From contig VGBH01000002.1 of the NCBI GenBank assembly GCA_016870575.1, forward strand, positions 20,273 through 84,272: DNA of 64,000 nucleotides. Reading direction: 5' to 3'. Positions 61,553 to 64,000 of the stretch are shown here, one piece after another. This DNA comes from Actinomycetota bacterium. GTDB lineage: Bacteria > Actinomycetota > Actinomycetes > S36-B12 > UBA5976. Under the pieces are notes generated by a model. The model saw only the letters and a program-made list of their open reading frames with translations. It made no database searches and was not told where the DNA came from. The position numbers were made by a program, and so were the translations under genes. The stretch's first letter is position 1; each line of letters starts with the position of its first letter.

Positions 61553-63750
61553 AGTTTTTCAACTGGTGCATATTTAAGAAGCAGTCTCTTTTCGCCCGCT
61601 GAACCAAAATCAACTGTTGCTATTGCGTGCTCTCCCTCGCCAGCAACTGAGAGCACTTTACCCAGTCCAAACTGGGTGTGATTAACTTTCTCACCCACAG
61701 ATAGCTGCACAATTTCTCTAACTGGATTCGTCTTTGCGCTTGTAGTGGTAACTGAAGTTGAATTCAGCACATTGTCTGGATCTTCTCTTAGATATCGAAT
61801 CAACTCTGCAGGAATCTCATCTATGAAACGAGATTCTGGATTATGTTGTGGCGCAGCCCAAGCAGATCTTCGCATTGCACGACTCAAATACAGCCGTTCC
61901 ATTGCACGAGTTAAACCAACATATGCCAACCTTCGCTCTTCTTGAAGTTCTTCGCTATTACCAAGTGACCTGATATGCGGAAAAATGCCATCTTCCATTC
62001 CCGTTAAGAACACCACGGGAAATTCCAATCCTTTTGCAGTGTGCAAGGTCATTAATGTGACTAGTCCGGCATCATCATCTGGAATCTCATCTGAATCGGC
62101 AACTAACGATGTGCGCTGAAGAAAACCTATCACTCCACTGGCATCTTCACTTTGGTCATAATCAGTTGCCACAGCTTCTAGTTCCGCAAGATTTTCCAGT
62201 CGAACTTCATCTTGTGGATCTGCCGTTTGTGCCAGTTCTGACCAATACCCAGTTTGTTCAAGTACTGCCTGCAACACAACAGCTGCGCCAGCACTGCTCT
62301 CCATCAAAACTCCAAGATCTGAAATTAGTTGATAAAAATCATTCATACTTGCTTGTGCTCTTGCAGTTAAACCGGGAATTTTTTGTGCTTTTCCCATTGC
62401 GGCAAAAACACTTATCCCTTGGCGATTTGCATATTCAGCTAATTGGCTTTCTGCCTTGTCACCTATTCCGCGACGTGGAACATTAATAACTCGGCGCAAT
62501 GAAATGTCATCTGCTGGATTTGCAATTAATTTTAAATATGCCAACGCATCCTTTATCTCAGCTCGTTCATAAAACTTCAACCCACCAACAACTCGATAGG
62601 GAATAGCTGAGCGCATAAAAACTTCTTCAATCGCTCGAGATTGAGCGTTGGTGCGATAAAAGACTGCAATATCTGAATACTTAAAATCAAATGTAGCTAG
62701 CTGCTGTAGTTCAGCCACTATAAAGCGTGCTTCATCATGTTCATCATCAGCGATGTAAAAACCAATCAAATCTCCTTCACCTGCTTGTGTCCAAAGCCGC
62801 TTAGGTTTACGTTGCGAGTTTTTTGATATCACAGCATTAGCGGCTGAAAGAATGTTTTGTGTGCTTCGATAATTTTGTTCCAAAATGATAGTTTTTGCGC
62901 TTGGATAATCTTGTTCAAAATCTTGAATATTTCTAATCGTTGCGCCACGAAAAGCGTAAATACTTTGATCAGCATCTCCAACTACACATAGTTGAGCAGG
63001 TGGAACCGCTTCTTTTTCATTTCCGACTAACTCACGAACCAAGACATACTGAGCGGTGTTGGTGTCTTGGTATTCGTCAACCAACACGTGTCGATAACGT
63101 CTTCGATAATATTCTCGCACTTGTGGACTAGTCTGCAGTAAAGCTACTGTGTGACCTATCAAATCATCGAAATCCACCGCATTTGATCGTGCTAACCGTT
63201 GTTGATACTCTCGATAAATAGTTGCCAGAACTCTTCTTGGACCTTCTTCTTCAGCAATTTTGGAGAAGTCTTCGTAATCTACTAGCTCGTTTTTTAGATT
63301 TGAGATTTGAGCTTGCATCGCTCTTGGTTGAAAAAACTTTGTGTTAATGTTTAAATCTTTCACAATTAGAGTTATTAATCGTAATGAATCTGCTTGATCA
63401 TAAATAGTAAAGGTTGAAGTAATACCAAGAGAACCTCCATCTCGTCGAAGAATGCGCACGCAAGCGCTATGAAAAGTTGATACTTGCATACTGCGAGCAC
63501 GAGGACCAACTAGCTCTAAGACTCGATTGCGCATTTCTAATGCTGCTTTATTAGTAAAGGTAATTGCCAAAATCTCTTCTGGCTGGGCATCGCCAGTTTC
63601 AATCAAATGAGCAATTCGACGAGTTAGCACGCGCGTCTTTCCTGACCCTGCTCCCGCTACAACTAGCAATGGTGCGCCACGGTGCAAGACAGCAGCTTTT
63701 TGCTCAGGATTTAAATCAGATAAATCAGAAATAGGTCCACTCACTGGCAC
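61549..63750 (-). CDS. pcrA: ATP-dependent DNA helicase PcrA/UvrD1
   Basis: 733 aa with Walker A (AGAGSGKT), VDEYQDTN, and the C-terminal Tudor-like tail GEKVNHTQFGLGKV. Confidence 0.9.
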   Translation of the reverse strand: MPVSGPISDLSDLNPEQKAAVLHRGAPLLVVAGAGSGKTRVLTRRIAHLIETGDAQPEEILAITFTNKAALEMRNRVLELVGPRARSMQVSTFHSACVRILRRDGGSLGITSTFTIYDQADSLRLITLIVKDLNINTKFFQPRAMQAQISNLKNELVDYEDFSKIAEEEGPRRVLATIYREYQQRLARSNAVDFDDLIGHTVALLQTSPQVREYYRRRYRHVLVDEYQDTNTAQYVLVRELVGNEKEAVPPAQLCVVGDADQSIYAFRGATIRNIQDFEQDYPSAKTIILEQNYRSTQNILSAANAVISKNSQRKPKRLWTQAGEGDLIGFYIADDEHDEARFIVAELQQLATFDFKYSDIAVFYRTNAQSRAIEEVFMRSAIPYRVVGGLKFYERAEIKDALAYLKLIANPADDISLRRVINVPRRGIGDKAESQLAEYANRQGISVFAAMGKAQKIPGLTARAQASMNDFYQLISDLGVLMESSAGAAVVLQAVLEQTGYWSELAQTADPQDEVRLENLAELEAVATDYDQSEDASGVIGFLQRTSLVADSDEIPDDDAGLVTLMTLHTAKGLEFPVVFLTGMEDGIFPHIRSLGNSEELQEERRLAYVGLTRAMERLYLSRAMRRSAWAAPQHNPESRFIDEIPAELIRYLREDPDNVLNSTSVTTTSAKTNPVREIVQLSVGEKVNHTQFGLGKVLSVAGEGEHAIATVDFGSAGEKRLLLKYAPVEKL

Positions 63751-63766
63751 ACTCTAGAGAATAAGG

Positions 63767-64000
63767 TCATTCTCCCCAGCCGATGATGGCCATTGACACA
63801 TCAGCCGAACCAGCATTTGTGATTGCTCGGATTTGACGACTGGAATTAAGTGAGATTAATGCAAGCGATGTTCTTGGTTCTGCTGCCGGAATGCCTATGT
63901 TAGGTGCAACCGGTTTACTTCCTCCCCAGACCAGTAAACCAGTCGCACCTAAGTTTTTTCGTACCGTAACGGCAACTAAAACTGATGTTGCCTGCGGCGG
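63767..64000 (-). CDS. C-terminal fragment of an unidentified protein (N-terminus beyond the window end)
   Basis: Not in the ORF track. My reverse translation is open across all 234 nt and ends ...SADVSMAIIGWGE with a TGA stop at 63767-63769, 17 nt before the pcrA start. I recognised no family. Confidence 0.3.
   Translation of the reverse strand, partial: PPQATSVLVAVTVRKNLGATGLLVWGGSKPVAPNIGIPAAEPRTSLALISLNSSRQIRAITNAGSADVSMAIIGWGE

Noticed and set aside
1-64000. I looked for tRNA, rRNA, CRISPR repeats, transposases/integrases, phage genes, toxin-antitoxin pairs and known defence-system genes.
   Set aside because: Every stretch longer than about 190 bp is occupied by a long ORF with a recognisable housekeeping or envelope function. 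I noticed no repeat arrays or mobile-element hallmarks by eye. A computational repeat search was not possible.

Overview
Dense, almost entirely coding chromosomal window. Intergenic spacers are mostly under 60 bp and many start/stop codons overlap. By eye GC is about 40-45% (not computed). Gene content and order look actinobacterial. The runs manB-like/LCP ... purE-purK-birA-accD5-accE-maf-accA3 ... lpdA-punA-pmmB ... add-deoA-cdd ... trpS-icd ... folD and purH-purN-PerM-like-sucD-sucC-M23 peptidase-pcrA match what I recall of Mycobacterium tuberculosis Rv3264c-Rv3356c and Rv0949-Rv0957. A low-GC, streamlined actinobacterium (acI/Nanopelagicales-like) is my inference only. Three blocks are present. 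(1) About 1-19.1 kb is a cell-envelope glycopolymer locus: NDP-sugar pyrophosphorylase, SpoIID-like protein, LCP ligase, UDP-GlcNAc 2-epimerase, two nucleotide-sugar dehydrogenases, about five glycosyltransferases, a TagGH/Wzm-Wzt-type ABC exporter, a sulfotransferase-like ORF, and cysD plus fused cysN-cysC (PAPS synthesis). (2) About 19-27 kb holds purEK, birA, acyl-CoA carboxylase genes and an LpdA-like flavoprotein. (3) About 27.5-44 kb is a nucleoside uptake and catabolism supercluster, followed by central metabolism: split methylmalonyl-CoA mutase, Sdh1-type succinate dehydrogenase, trpS, icd, mdh, folD, purHN, sucCD, an M23 peptidase and pcrA. The most interesting candidate is block 1, read as a self-contained system for a sulfated, uronic-acid-based, phosphate-free wall glycopolymer. 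I saw no rRNA, tRNA, CRISPR array, transposase or prophage genes. All homology calls come from motif recognition by eye on the supplied translations; no searches or folding programs were run.
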